In this document: piece by piece, positions 7,166 through 17,216 of the stretch
How the letters are laid out: each line of letters opens with the position of its first letter
Position numbering within the stretch: the first letter of the stretch is position 1
DNA from: Ignavibacteria bacterium
GTDB taxonomy: Bacteria; Elusimicrobiota; Endomicrobiia; PHAN01
Assembly: GCA_041694835.1 (NCBI GenBank)
Contig: JBGFRZ010000028.1
Span: 1 to 20,056 of the forward strand
Reading direction: 5' to 3'
DNA: 20,056 nucleotides
Notes under the pieces: generated by a model
Database searches by the model: none
What the model was told of the DNA's origin: nothing
What the model saw: only the letters and a program-made list of their open reading frames with translations
Program-made: the position numbers and the translations under genes

Positions 7166-8296
7166 ATGAAAAGCATGCAAAGAATACCATCCGTTTTTAT
7201 TTTGCTCTTTTCGTTTGCAGCGTTTGTTTTTGCCGACGGAACGACTTCCGCGAATTTTTTAAAAATAGCCCCGGGCGCTCGCGCAAGAGGTATGGGAGAG
7301 GCATTTGTCGGGGTCAGCGACGATGTGCATGCGCTCTATTGGAATCCGGCGGGACTTGCTGTTTTAAAAAATCCGGAACTTAACCTTCATTACACAAAAT
7401 GGCTTGTGGATATGTCTTATCAGAACATGCAATATGCGCATCCCGTGCAATTCGGGAGAGATTGGCGGCATACATTGGGGTTTGGCGTTTACAATCTTTC
7501 ATACGGCAAAATCGACGGCTATGACCATCTTGGCGCTCGAATATCCCCTCCGGAAGCAAACAGCATGGCGGTTGCAGTATCGAATGCTTTTACATTGCAC
7601 AGAACCGAAGACTTAAAAGCTCATCTCGGGCTCAATGTAAAATACATCACGGAAACTCTCCACACTTATTCCGACAATGCCGTAGCGTTTGACGGCGGTG
7701 TTTTTGTTGAGACGGGATATTTCGGTTTTGGCGCCGCCGCCAGAAATATCGGGACGCCTCTCACCTTTGTAGAAGAGTCCTATCCGTTGCCGTTAAATTT
7801 TGCCATCGGCTCGTCCTTCAGAAAAAACTTGTTTGGTTTGGAAGACCCTTTCACCGCCGCGCTCGATATAAACTTTCCCAACGACTCCGAAATCGTCGCC
7901 AACTTTGGATTGGAATACTGGATTATTAATTTGCTGGGACTCAGAGCCGGCTACAGTACCGGCCAAAGCATCGGCTCGGAGTTAAGATTCGGTTTTGGTT
8001 TTAGATTGAATATAGTTCAAGTTGATTTTGCGTATGCGGGTTATGGTCGGCTCGGCGATACTTTCCACACAGGAATTACTTTGAGATTTGGAAGACCCTT
8101 GAGATTAAGGGTGACATCCCGGCCGGCAGCCGTGGAGGAAAGCGCCGAACTTTATGCCAATGCTAAGAGGTTATATGACATGGAGCGATATGTCGATGCC
8201 ATATTGGAGTTAAATAAATTGTTGGAAATCGACCCCACAAACGGCGACGCTCTTAAACTGATGGAAAAAGCATATGAAAAACTACCGTCCGAGTAA
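7166..8296 (+). CDS. PorV/PorQ-family (UPF0164-like) outer-membrane beta-barrel with a C-terminal TPR
   Basis: Signal peptide (AFVFA/D), FLKIAPGARARGMGEAF...ALYWNPAGLA signature, barrel end DFAY...LGDTFHTGITLRF, then TPR (YVDAILELNKLLEIDPTNGDA). Confidence 0.88.
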   Translation: MKSMQRIPSVFILLFSFAAFVFADGTTSANFLKIAPGARARGMGEAFVGVSDDVHALYWNPAGLAVLKNPELNLHYTKWLVDMSYQNMQYAHPVQFGRDWRHTLGFGVYNLSYGKIDGYDHLGARISPPEANSMAVAVSNAFTLHRTEDLKAHLGLNVKYITETLHTYSDNAVAFDGGVFVETGYFGFGAAARNIGTPLTFVEESYPLPLNFAIGSSFRKNLFGLEDPFTAALDINFPNDSEIVANFGLEYWIINLLGLRAGYSTGQSIGSELRFGFGFRLNIVQVDFAYAGYGRLGDTFHTGITLRFGRPLRLRVTSRPAAVEESAELYANAKRLYDMERYVDAILELNKLLEIDPTNGDALKLMEKAYEKLPSE

Positions 8297-9605
8297 AATT
8301 ATCTGCTTTTTATTTTTAATTCTGACGCACTGCCGGATTTTACTCTTGGCTTCGGAATGGTCGCTGCTCAGAACGAACATCGGAGCAATCGGCGGCTCTG
8401 TTTCCAAGAATTTTAATCATCTTCGGCATAGTTTTGGTCAGGCGGCGACTATTGATGTGTCGGAGAATGTTACAGGCGATACTGTCAAACGCAGCGGTTT
8501 CCTGACCATTTCGGGTCATCCCGTAAACGTTGTAAACATCGCGCCCGCGCCCGCTTACATACAAATGTCTCCCAATGAAAAAATCAAAGTTGAGTTTGAC
8601 ATGGAATTGGACACGTCTACGGTCAAAGATGCGATAACATTAAGAGCGGTTAAGAATAATCACAGCGCAAAAATCGATGAACCGATAGCGCTTTCCTATA
8701 ATTTCCATTCCCACAACTCCATAGTGGAAATAACCCCCCAAACGCTTCGTCATAATCACAGATACCACGTGCGGATTTCGTCGACCATTCAGGAAGTGTG
8801 GGGCGAGTTGCTTGCGTCGCGGGTTGACAGTTGGTTTCACACGCAAATAAATCCGAACGAGGACAATATCTATGCTCCTCCCATCAACGACAATTTAAAA
8901 ATCGTTCTGCCCGTCGGCACGATTGAGAGCAAAGACAAATTTTACATCAAAGTCAGCACGGATTTACATAACGCACCCGTCTTAACAAGCGTGGAAGCCA
9001 TCGACCGCGCCAATTCCAAATTAGAGATCATGAACGTTTTAGGTTACTACGAAATAAGGGGATTCCACGCCAACAACAATGTGGCCATAAGAGATGTTGC
9101 CGGGGCAATGAGCGTTCGTTTGCCTATCTGTGAAAATTCTCCGTTAAGGAAAGCGCTTGCCTCCGGCCGGGGCAAAAGAGCGGCGCGGTTGCAGTTATAT
9201 GCGCTCAACGAAGAGAGAAAACTTTGGGCCAGGGTTCCCACCGGCGATCTTTCGGAAGATGGAAGTATATACAGCGCCGCTCTCGGGAGATTCGGCACAT
9301 TGGCGTTGTTTGAAGTCCCGAAGCTTTATGTCCGAGACGCTTTTGCTTATCCCGTGCCATTTACTCCCAGTAATCCCAAGCATAAAAATATCACTTTTAC
9401 AAATTTAGCGACAACGTGTGATATCAAGGTTTTTACGGTAAATGGGGATTTGGTCTGGGAGCATAAGGTAGAAAATGACCTTTCCGGCGAATATATATGG
9501 GATGTTAAAAACAAAGATAAAAAAACTATTGCAAGCGGCGTCTATATTTATCTCATTGAATCGAGGGACGACCACAAGTTGGGAAAATTGATGGTAGTAA
9601 GATAA
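8274..9605 (+). CDS. Exported Ig-like protein with a T9SS type-A-like C-terminal sorting domain
   Basis: Hydrophobic N-terminus; Big_5-like domain (IKVEFDMELDTSTV...ITPQTLRHNHRYHVRI); CTD at 9345-9605 (AYPVPF...IKVFTVNGDLV...WDVKN...IASGVYIY...GKLMVVR). Confidence 0.85.
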   Translation: MKNYRPSKIICFLFLILTHCRILLLASEWSLLRTNIGAIGGSVSKNFNHLRHSFGQAATIDVSENVTGDTVKRSGFLTISGHPVNVVNIAPAPAYIQMSPNEKIKVEFDMELDTSTVKDAITLRAVKNNHSAKIDEPIALSYNFHSHNSIVEITPQTLRHNHRYHVRISSTIQEVWGELLASRVDSWFHTQINPNEDNIYAPPINDNLKIVLPVGTIESKDKFYIKVSTDLHNAPVLTSVEAIDRANSKLEIMNVLGYYEIRGFHANNNVAIRDVAGAMSVRLPICENSPLRKALASGRGKRAARLQLYALNEERKLWARVPTGDLSEDGSIYSAALGRFGTLALFEVPKLYVRDAFAYPVPFTPSNPKHKNITFTNLATTCDIKVFTVNGDLVWEHKVENDLSGEYIWDVKNKDKKTIASGVYIYLIESRDDHKLGKLMVVR

Positions 9606-9659
9606 GAGTTTAGAGTTGAGAGTGTAGAGATGTCTGGTAGTGTCTCTAAACTCTAAACT
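9605..9659. repeat. Inverted pair of heptamer tandem repeats (TTTAGAG/CTCTAAA)
   Basis: AGAGTTTAGAGTTGAGAGTGTAGAGA...TCTCTAAACTCTAAACT can form a hairpin between the genes. Confidence 0.6.
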
Positions 9660-9737
9660 AAGTTCTCTCAACTTATCATAGGATGTCTTATGAAATTTAA
9701 TAAATTCGTCTACCAAAAGAGTCGAACTGGAGGTTTT

Positions 9738-12700
9738 ATGAAATTCAAATTTGCTTTTAAGAAATTTGCGGTTGCGGCTTCATCGGTACTTTTCTCTTCA
9801 GGAATACTTTTAGCCAACCCGAACTGGATAAATTATCAGGGGCTATTGAGACGAAACAATGTTTCGTTTACGGGCATTGCTAATATTGAATTCCAGGTCT
9901 ATTCATCAAGCATCGGTGGCTTGCCAATATGGTCAAGCGGCCCTCAGCCGATAACTGTAACCCGCGGAAATTTCAATTATTTTTTAGGTGAACATACCGC
10001 TTCCGGTGATTTTAATGCGATTAACTGGAATGAAGAGCGTTTTTTAGGAATAGTCATTGACAACGAAGTTATGTCGCCGAGGGAGAGATTCACATCGGCA
10101 GCCAGAGCGCTCAATGCTTCAAGAATATCCGGCCGAACCTTAAGCGACCTCGACGGAAGATATATTTTAACTTCAGGCGGCGCGCTCTCAGGCCCGCTTG
10201 ATTTTAACAAACAAGAGGCAAGACACATAGTAATTCACAGAGCGCCCGAAGCCCCGCTGAGCCCGGTTGCGGGTCAACTTTGGTATAATACCGCCCAAAA
10301 CCGGCTAAGAGTTTTTAATGGCACCATTTGGGAAGACGCGGGCGGAGGCGCTCAACTGCTTTTGGGCAGTGTAACGAGTCATCACATACTTGACGGGACG
10401 ATTACAGACGTCGATATAAGTGCCGCTGCAAGAATTTTGTCAACCAAAATACAATTGGGAACTTTTACCGCCACTTTGGACTATTGGAGAAGACCGGGAA
10501 CAGACCTTATTGACGCCGAAAAAATAATAGGCTCAGGTGGTGTGACGCCACATACTCATCTTCGCACAGATATAACCGGAGTAGCGGTAGTTCAAGAACA
10601 CACAAGTTCTCAACTTATAAGACCCCTTTCCCCCAATGACATCACTCCTTTAAGAATCGGGGGAATGCTTGGCGGTGCGGCAGACGTTTTTCAGGTATTG
10701 GATTCGCATGCCACCTCTCCCCAAACCGCATGGGTATTTACTCCTGCGGGACACTTGGAAACAAGAGCCGGTTTTGGTGGAACAAAAAGAAATATAGTTG
10801 TCTCGGGCGACGCGACCGTCGGACAAAGGGCGACCATTGAGGGTACTACGGCAGACGCATTGACTGTCGGCGGCGGTGTTAGAGCGGGCCCTGGGTTAGT
10901 TCAGATAATAGGAGCAGACGGCCGCATTACCGTCCTTAATGCTACAACATTAGCTAATTTAGATGGCTCCGCTCTGACGGGTGTAATAGCGACCAGCATA
11001 GCGGACGGTGCCGTAACTACACCAAAACTTGCCGACGGAGCATTAGCGGCAACGGCCGCAGGGCGTCTAAAGATGGCAGATGGGTTTGTGATAAGTCGTC
11101 ACATCCTTGAAGGAGCGGTAACAAGCCATCACATACTTGACGGGACGATAGGAACCGCTGATATAGCACTTAACGCCATCATATCGGATAGGATATTAGA
11201 TGGCACGATAGCAACTGCTGATATAGCCGATAGTGCTGTGACAACTTCAAAGTTAGCAGGTCATGCAACGCTTGATGACCAGAGGGCTGTTACAACCGAC
11301 CATATAAGGAATCTGGCAGTAACGACCGCAAAGATAGCGGATTTAAATGTGACGACGGGAAAACTTGCCGACGGAGCATTACTGGCAACGGCCGCAGGGC
11401 GTCTAAAGATGGCAGATGGGTTTGTGATAAGTCGTCACATCCTTGAAGGAGCGGTAACGAGCCATCACATACTTGATGGGACGATAAGAGCAGACGACAT
11501 AGCGGACAACGCTGTGGTGTCTTTGAAGATTCAGGATGGCGCGGTGACAGAGCCTAAGATTGCGGCCAGCGCTGTAACAACGGGCAAGATAGCAGACCTC
11601 GCCATAACAACGACAAAACTTGCCGACAATGTGTTAAGCGCTGACTTCGCTGGCCGCGGCAAGATGGCCGATGGATTTGTCATTGCCGCAAAGATTGCCG
11701 ACGGAGCAGTGACGAGCGCAAAAATCCTTGCCGGAGCGGTAACGAGCCATCACATACTTGACGGGACGATAGATACTGCTGATCTTCGCGACGCTGCTGT
11801 GACGGAGATTAAAATCGGTCCTCTTGCCGTTACGGAGCCGAAGATTGCGGCCAGCGCTGTAACAACGGGCAAGATAGCAGACCTCGCCGTAACAACGACA
11901 AAACTTGCTGTAGGGGCTATTACAACCGACAGGATTGCCGACGGAGCAGTGACGAGCGCAAAAATCCTTGCCGGAGCGGTAACGAGCCATCACATACTTG
12001 ACGGGACGATAGATACTGCTGATCTTCGCGATGCTGCTGTGACGGAGATTAAAATCGGTCCTCTTGCCGTTACGGAGCCGAAGATTGCGGCCAGCGCTGT
12101 AACAACGGGCAAGATAGCAGACCTCGCCGTAACAACGACAAAACTTGCTGTAGGGGCTATTACAACCGACAGGATTGCCGACGGAGCATTAGCGGCGACG
12201 GCTGCAGGGCGTCTAAAGATGGCTGATGGATTTGTAACCGTCGCGAAGATAGAAGATAACGCAGTGACATCGCCGAAGATATTAGACGGAACGATACAAG
12301 CGGCGGACCTGATGAATTTGGCGGTTACTACCGAGAAGATCCAAGTCGGGGCAGTCACGACCGATAGAATTGCAGATGATGCGGTGACGGCTCTGAAGTT
12401 AGCAGATCACGCAACGTTGGATGACCAGAGGGCTGTTACAACCGACCATATAAGGAATCTGGCAGTAACGACCCCAAAGATAGCGGACCTTGCAGTCACA
12501 GCACCAAAGATAGCAGATGGCGCAATAACATCCGCAAAAATCCTTGCCGGAGCGGTAACGAGCCATCACATACTTGATGGGACGATAGATACTGCTGATC
12601 TTCGCGACGCTGCTGTGACGGAGATTAAAATCGGTCCTCTTGCCGTTACGGAGCCGAAGATTGCGGCCAGCGCTGTAACAACGGGCAAGATAGCAGACCT

Positions 12701-15700
12701 CGCCGTAACAACGACAAAACTTGCTGTAGGGGCTATTACAACCGACAGGATTGCCGACGGAGCATTAGCGGCGACGGCTGCAGGGCGTCTAAAGATGGCT
12801 GATGGATTTGTAACCGTCGCGAAGATAGAAGATAACGCAGTGACATCGCCGAAGATATTAGACGGAACGATACAAGCGGCGGACCTGATGAATTTGGCGG
12901 TTACTACCGAGAAGATCCAAGTCGGGGCAGTCACGACCGATAGAATTGCAGATGATGCGGTGACGGCTCTGAAGTTAGCAGATCACGCAACGTTGGATGA
13001 CCAGAGGGCTGTTACAACCGACCATATAAGGAATCTGGCAGTAACGACCGCAAAGATAGCGGATTTAAACGTGACGACGGGAAAACTTGCCGACGGAGCA
13101 GTGACGAGCGCAAAAATCCTTGCCGGAGCGGTAACGAGCCATCACATACTTGACGGGACGATAGGAACCGCTGATATAGCACTTAACGCCATCATATCGG
13201 ATAGGATATTAGATGGCACGATAGCAACTGCTGATATAGCCGATAGTGCTGTGACAACTTCAAAGTTAGCAGGTCATGCAACGCTTGATGACCAGAGGGC
13301 TGTTACAACCGACCATATAAGGAATCTGGCAGTAACGACCGCAAAGATAGCGGATTTAAATGTGACGACGGGAAAACTTGCCGACGGAGCGGTAACTAAT
13401 GCAAAGATAGCGTTCGTGGCGGTCCAGACAGGCAACTTGGCCGATGGCGCCGTTACTACGGTCAAACTTGGCAATTTGGCGGTCACCACGGACAAAATTA
13501 ACACGCTTGCTGTAACCGAAGATAAAATCGCTCACGGCTCCATCAGTCATATCAAGTTGCAACCAAATATTATATTTTCAACAAATGTGGTAGACGGAGC
13601 GATAACCACTGACAAACTCGCCGCCAATGTGTTGAGCGCCAACATTGCCGGCAGGGGCAAAATGGAAGATGGATTTGTAACGAGCGTAAAGATAGCGTCC
13701 GGGGCGGTCCAGACAAGCAACTTGGCCGATGGCGCCGTTACTACGGACAAACTCGGAAATTTAGCGGTCACCACGGATAAAATTGCCGCCGCGGCGGTAA
13801 CAACGGAAAAAGTGGCCCCGGGAGCCATTAAAGGCGACACATTGACCTCGGACATTATACTGTCGACTCACATTGCCGACGGGGAGGTAAAGACGGTAGA
13901 TTTAGCGACGAATGTCTTAAGCGCCAACATTGCCGGCAGGGGCAAAATGGAAGATGGATTTGTAACGAGCGTAAAGATAGCGTCCGTGGCGGTCCAGACA
14001 GGCAACTTGGCCGATGGCGCCGTTACTACGGTCAAACTTGGCAATTTGGCGGTCACCACGGACAAAATTAACACGCTTGCTGTAACCGAAGATAAAATCG
14101 CTCACGGCTCCATCAGTCATATCAAGTTGCAACCAAATATTATATTTTCAACAAATGTGGTAGACGGAGCGATAACCACTGACAAACTCGCCGCCAATGT
14201 GTTGAGCGCCAACATTGCCGGCAGGGGCAAAATGGAAGATGGATTTGTAACGGATGTGAAAATAGCCACAGGCGCCGTGAGGAGTCATAATATAGTTGAC
14301 TTTACGATAACCGCCGATGACCTGAGCGCCGGCTCTGTAACAAGGGAAAAACTCAATGCGAACGTGATTGCGCTTGCGCCGGACACAGGCCGTGTAAGGG
14401 CAATAACGAGCACACATTTCGATACGGTCGACGGCTCCTCAATTACGAACGTAAACGCCTCGGCTCTTGACCGTGGAACATTGCCCGATGCCCGATTAAG
14501 TGCGACTGTAGAGCGGACAAATATCGCACAGACAATAACCGCTGCAAAGACCTATGACGCGAATCTGATAATAGGGACTGGTGAAATCAGAGCCGCCGCT
14601 GGTTCTAGCGGCGTGACAATATCTACGACGGCGATAATAACGGGACGTATTCAGGCGGGGAATGGACTTGTGTGGTTGACGAACGTTGCCGGGAACATAC
14701 TGCCTACAAGCATAGCCGAAGGGTCGTTGCCGTCGAATGTAATGGCAAGTTCGATAGCGGTCAATGCGGTCCACACGGATGCAATAAGGAATCTTGCTGT
14801 GACGGAAGCGAAGTTAGCGGCAGATGCCGTCTCTACAGCAAAGATACAGAATTTAGCGGTCACTGGCGCGAAATTTGCTGATGGCGCCATTACCAGCGCA
14901 AAGTTGACAGAGAACGTGATATTTTCGACGAACATAGTAGATGGTGCGATTACATCGGCAAAGATACGGGACAACGTCATAACAAGAGAGAAGATAATGA
15001 TGACAGGTGTAAGCGGGATTCCCGCCATATCTTCCACAACAGGCAGAATAGTAGGATTTATGGCGACGACGGTGGATGGCCGCGATGCATCGTATTTACA
15101 GAATATCAGTTCCATAGCGGTCGATGCTGTCTATACCGGAGCGATTAGGGATAATGCTGTGACGACTGCTAAAATTGCCGATGGCGCCATTACATCGTCT
15201 GATATTGCCGATGGTTCTGTAACAAGAGAGAAACTCAACGCGAACATAGTAGCGATCTCCACAGAGACAGGCCGTGTAAGGGCGATAACGAGCACACATT
15301 TCGATACGGTCGACGGCTCCTCAATTACGAACGTAAACGCCTCGGCTCTTGACCGCGGAACATTGCCCGATGCCCGATTAAGTGCGACTGTAGAGCGGAC
15401 AAATATCGCACAGACAATAACCGCTGCAAAGACCTATGACGCGAATCTGATAATAGGGACTGGTGAAATCAGAGCCGCTGCTGGTTCTAGCGGCGTGACA
15501 ATATCTACGAGTGTGTTTATCGGCGGAGGGGCGAACATAGCGACGGTAAGCGGTAACGTTGGAATAGGCGTCGATGCCGCCGCTGCCAACAGATTAAATG
15601 TGCGCGGGGCCGCCGGAGCCGCGAATGTGTTAAGGTTAGAGAGTGACACCGCCATTGCGTTGCTTGTGGCAAGAAACGACGGCAATGTTGGTATCAACAC

Positions 15701-17216
15701 AACGTCGCCGACGCATAGATTGCATGTGGGCGGTGGGATTGTGGCGACCAGCAGTATAACAGCCGGCTCGACGCTTGCTACGGGCTTTTACGGGCATGGT
15801 GGCGGAATAACCAATATCGATGTGAATAATGTCGGAAGCGGAGTATTATCTGCAGACCGTGGCGGAACTGGTATCGGTGGAGCGGGTGGGACAGCGAACA
15901 GGGTTCTTGTTACTACAAACGGAACTAGCTGGACTGCGGCACAGATAGCGCCAGCAACGATGATAGCGGCGGGTGTATTGGCAAGCGATGTAATAGTGAC
16001 ATCCGTGGCGGTCAATGCGGTCCACGCGGATGCGCTAAGAAATAACGCCGTAACAGATTTGAAGTTGGCGTGGCATGAAACCAACGATTCGTCGAGAGCA
16101 GTCACAAGCGGCCACATAAGAATTAACGCTGTGACGGGAGAAAAAATTGCCGCTGGTGCGATATCGCTTTCAAAAATTGACAGAGCCACGGTGGACACCG
16201 TCTATATCACCACAGGAACCATCCAGAGCATAACGGGTAGAAAGATATTCGGCGGACCGGACATCATAGTAACTCCCGTGCCGCCGCCAACGTTGGTGGC
16301 TCGTGTTCCCGGGTTGCGCGCCGCCAGTGAGCGGGACCTTATTTTCGCCGCTGGTTACGAAAATACAAATCTTGAAGGGGTTTTAAGAAATATATTCTCC
16401 GTGGCAATAGGCACTGTGATAGTAAGAGCGGCCGACCTGAGATTATTGCCGGGTATAAGTGCGTGGGGCGAGAATAGCAATCCAACCATATGGTTTAACG
16501 ACGATGTCAATCTCTACCGCAGCACATGGGATGTTTTAAGGACAGACGACCAACTGGAAGTTGGCGGCGGAGTCATTAATCTGGTCGGAGCGGGTGCTGG
16601 TTACCAAAGAAATAACATTCCTTTTGACCAGATATATGTCACTACCCTAACAGCACAACACATAAGCGGTAGAAAGACGATAACTACACCCGCCGGCACG
16701 GTAAACACCGATGCTTCGTTGGTAGTCCATCCGGCCGCGCCGCACGCCGGCACCGCGCCAAATTTCCTTATTGCCGCCGGTTACGAAAACACAGCCCAAT
16801 CAGGTTACAGAAATAAGTTTTCCGTTCAGATAGGAACTGTGACAATACTCGGAGCCAATTTGCGTCTCGTGGACGGCTCGGCCTTCTTTGGAGACAATAT
16901 CAATCCAAGGATATGGTTCAGGGATGATGTCAATCTCTACAACAGTGAAACCGGAGTTTTAAGGACAGATGGGGCATTTCATTCACAGGGCACTTTAACG
17001 GCATTGAATAACGCACATGTTTACGGCGTATTTACAAGCAGCGTGGCAACGACCGGACACGTCGCCGTGCCAAAAGGAAACGACGTGATTTTTGACAGAG
17101 TGGATCCAGGCGGGACAGCGAACAATACATTTGTGCGTCTTACGGGCGAGGAAGCGGCGGGTGTCCTTGAGTTTGTCATCAACGGTCAAGTCGCAGCAAG
17201 AATGAGAAAAGATTAG
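9738..17216 (+). CDS. Giant (~2490 aa) exported phage-tail-fibre-like repeat protein, putative trimeric adhesin
   Basis: GGAGG RBS favours ATG 9738. Signal peptide, PNWINYQG N-terminal domain, GQLWYNT motif, long array of ~10-aa AVTxxKIADG repeats, GNVGIG/GNVGIN and GGTG fibre motifs. No obvious CTD, S74 chaperone or beta-barrel at the C-terminus. Confidence 0.85.
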   Translation: MKFKFAFKKFAVAASSVLFSSGILLANPNWINYQGLLRRNNVSFTGIANIEFQVYSSSIGGLPIWSSGPQPITVTRGNFNYFLGEHTASGDFNAINWNEERFLGIVIDNEVMSPRERFTSAARALNASRISGRTLSDLDGRYILTSGGALSGPLDFNKQEARHIVIHRAPEAPLSPVAGQLWYNTAQNRLRVFNGTIWEDAGGGAQLLLGSVTSHHILDGTITDVDISAAARILSTKIQLGTFTATLDYWRRPGTDLIDAEKIIGSGGVTPHTHLRTDITGVAVVQEHTSSQLIRPLSPNDITPLRIGGMLGGAADVFQVLDSHATSPQTAWVFTPAGHLETRAGFGGTKRNIVVSGDATVGQRATIEGTTADALTVGGGVRAGPGLVQIIGADGRITVLNATTLANLDGSALTGVIATSIADGAVTTPKLADGALAATAAGRLKMADGFVISRHILEGAVTSHHILDGTIGTADIALNAIISDRILDGTIATADIADSAVTTSKLAGHATLDDQRAVTTDHIRNLAVTTAKIADLNVTTGKLADGALLATAAGRLKMADGFVISRHILEGAVTSHHILDGTIRADDIADNAVVSLKIQDGAVTEPKIAASAVTTGKIADLAITTTKLADNVLSADFAGRGKMADGFVIAAKIADGAVTSAKILAGAVTSHHILDGTIDTADLRDAAVTEIKIGPLAVTEPKIAASAVTTGKIADLAVTTTKLAVGAITTDRIADGAVTSAKILAGAVTSHHILDGTIDTADLRDAAVTEIKIGPLAVTEPKIAASAVTTGKIADLAVTTTKLAVGAITTDRIADGALAATAAGRLKMADGFVTVAKIEDNAVTSPKILDGTIQAADLMNLAVTTEKIQVGAVTTDRIADDAVTALKLADHATLDDQRAVTTDHIRNLAVTTPKIADLAVTAPKIADGAITSAKILAGAVTSHHILDGTIDTADLRDAAVTEIKIGPLAVTEPKIAASAVTTGKIADLAVTTTKLAVGAITTDRIADGALAATAAGRLKMADGFVTVAKIEDNAVTSPKILDGTIQAADLMNLAVTTEKIQVGAVTTDRIADDAVTALKLADHATLDDQRAVTTDHIRNLAVTTAKIADLNVTTGKLADGAVTSAKILAGAVTSHHILDGTIGTADIALNAIISDRILDGTIATADIADSAVTTSKLAGHATLDDQRAVTTDHIRNLAVTTAKIADLNVTTGKLADGAVTNAKIAFVAVQTGNLADGAVTTVKLGNLAVTTDKINTLAVTEDKIAHGSISHIKLQPNIIFSTNVVDGAITTDKLAANVLSANIAGRGKMEDGFVTSVKIASGAVQTSNLADGAVTTDKLGNLAVTTDKIAAAAVTTEKVAPGAIKGDTLTSDIILSTHIADGEVKTVDLATNVLSANIAGRGKMEDGFVTSVKIASVAVQTGNLADGAVTTVKLGNLAVTTDKINTLAVTEDKIAHGSISHIKLQPNIIFSTNVVDGAITTDKLAANVLSANIAGRGKMEDGFVTDVKIATGAVRSHNIVDFTITADDLSAGSVTREKLNANVIALAPDTGRVRAITSTHFDTVDGSSITNVNASALDRGTLPDARLSATVERTNIAQTITAAKTYDANLIIGTGEIRAAAGSSGVTISTTAIITGRIQAGNGLVWLTNVAGNILPTSIAEGSLPSNVMASSIAVNAVHTDAIRNLAVTEAKLAADAVSTAKIQNLAVTGAKFADGAITSAKLTENVIFSTNIVDGAITSAKIRDNVITREKIMMTGVSGIPAISSTTGRIVGFMATTVDGRDASYLQNISSIAVDAVYTGAIRDNAVTTAKIADGAITSSDIADGSVTREKLNANIVAISTETGRVRAITSTHFDTVDGSSITNVNASALDRGTLPDARLSATVERTNIAQTITAAKTYDANLIIGTGEIRAAAGSSGVTISTSVFIGGGANIATVSGNVGIGVDAAAANRLNVRGAAGAANVLRLESDTAIALLVARNDGNVGINTTSPTHRLHVGGGIVATSSITAGSTLATGFYGHGGGITNIDVNNVGSGVLSADRGGTGIGGAGGTANRVLVTTNGTSWTAAQIAPATMIAAGVLASDVIVTSVAVNAVHADALRNNAVTDLKLAWHETNDSSRAVTSGHIRINAVTGEKIAAGAISLSKIDRATVDTVYITTGTIQSITGRKIFGGPDIIVTPVPPPTLVARVPGLRAASERDLIFAAGYENTNLEGVLRNIFSVAIGTVIVRAADLRLLPGISAWGENSNPTIWFNDDVNLYRSTWDVLRTDDQLEVGGGVINLVGAGAGYQRNNIPFDQIYVTTLTAQHISGRKTITTPAGTVNTDASLVVHPAAPHAGTAPNFLIAAGYENTAQSGYRNKFSVQIGTVTILGANLRLVDGSAFFGDNINPRIWFRDDVNLYNSETGVLRTDGAFHSQGTLTALNNAHVYGVFTSSVATTGHVAVPKGNDVIFDRVDPGGTANNTFVRLTGEEAAGVLEFVINGQVAARMRKD
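11024..15510 (+). repeat. Near-identical intragenic DNA repeat blocks
   Basis: Approximate pairs: 11024-11150/11360-11486; tandem 240-bp unit at 11693-12188; 11957-12487/12533-13063; 11112-11377/13125-13390; 13403-13683/13973-14253; 14386-14628/15268-15510. All offsets are multiples of 3. Confidence 0.92.

Noticed and set aside
9690-9737. Upstream ATG for the giant protein
   Set aside because: The GGAGG RBS and signal-peptide length favour 9738.
11634-16198. Many antisense ORFs, including two identical 122-aa ORFs
   Set aside because: They are shadows of the repetitive sense gene; the identical pair reflects the 576-bp-offset duplication.
14331-16970. Diversity-generating retroelement TR/VR pair among the repeats
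   Set aside because: Both copies are in-frame coding, the differences are not adenine-specific and no reverse transcriptase is in the window.
9738-17216. Prophage tail gene
   Set aside because: It has a Sec-type signal peptide and cell-envelope neighbours, and no phage structural genes are nearby.
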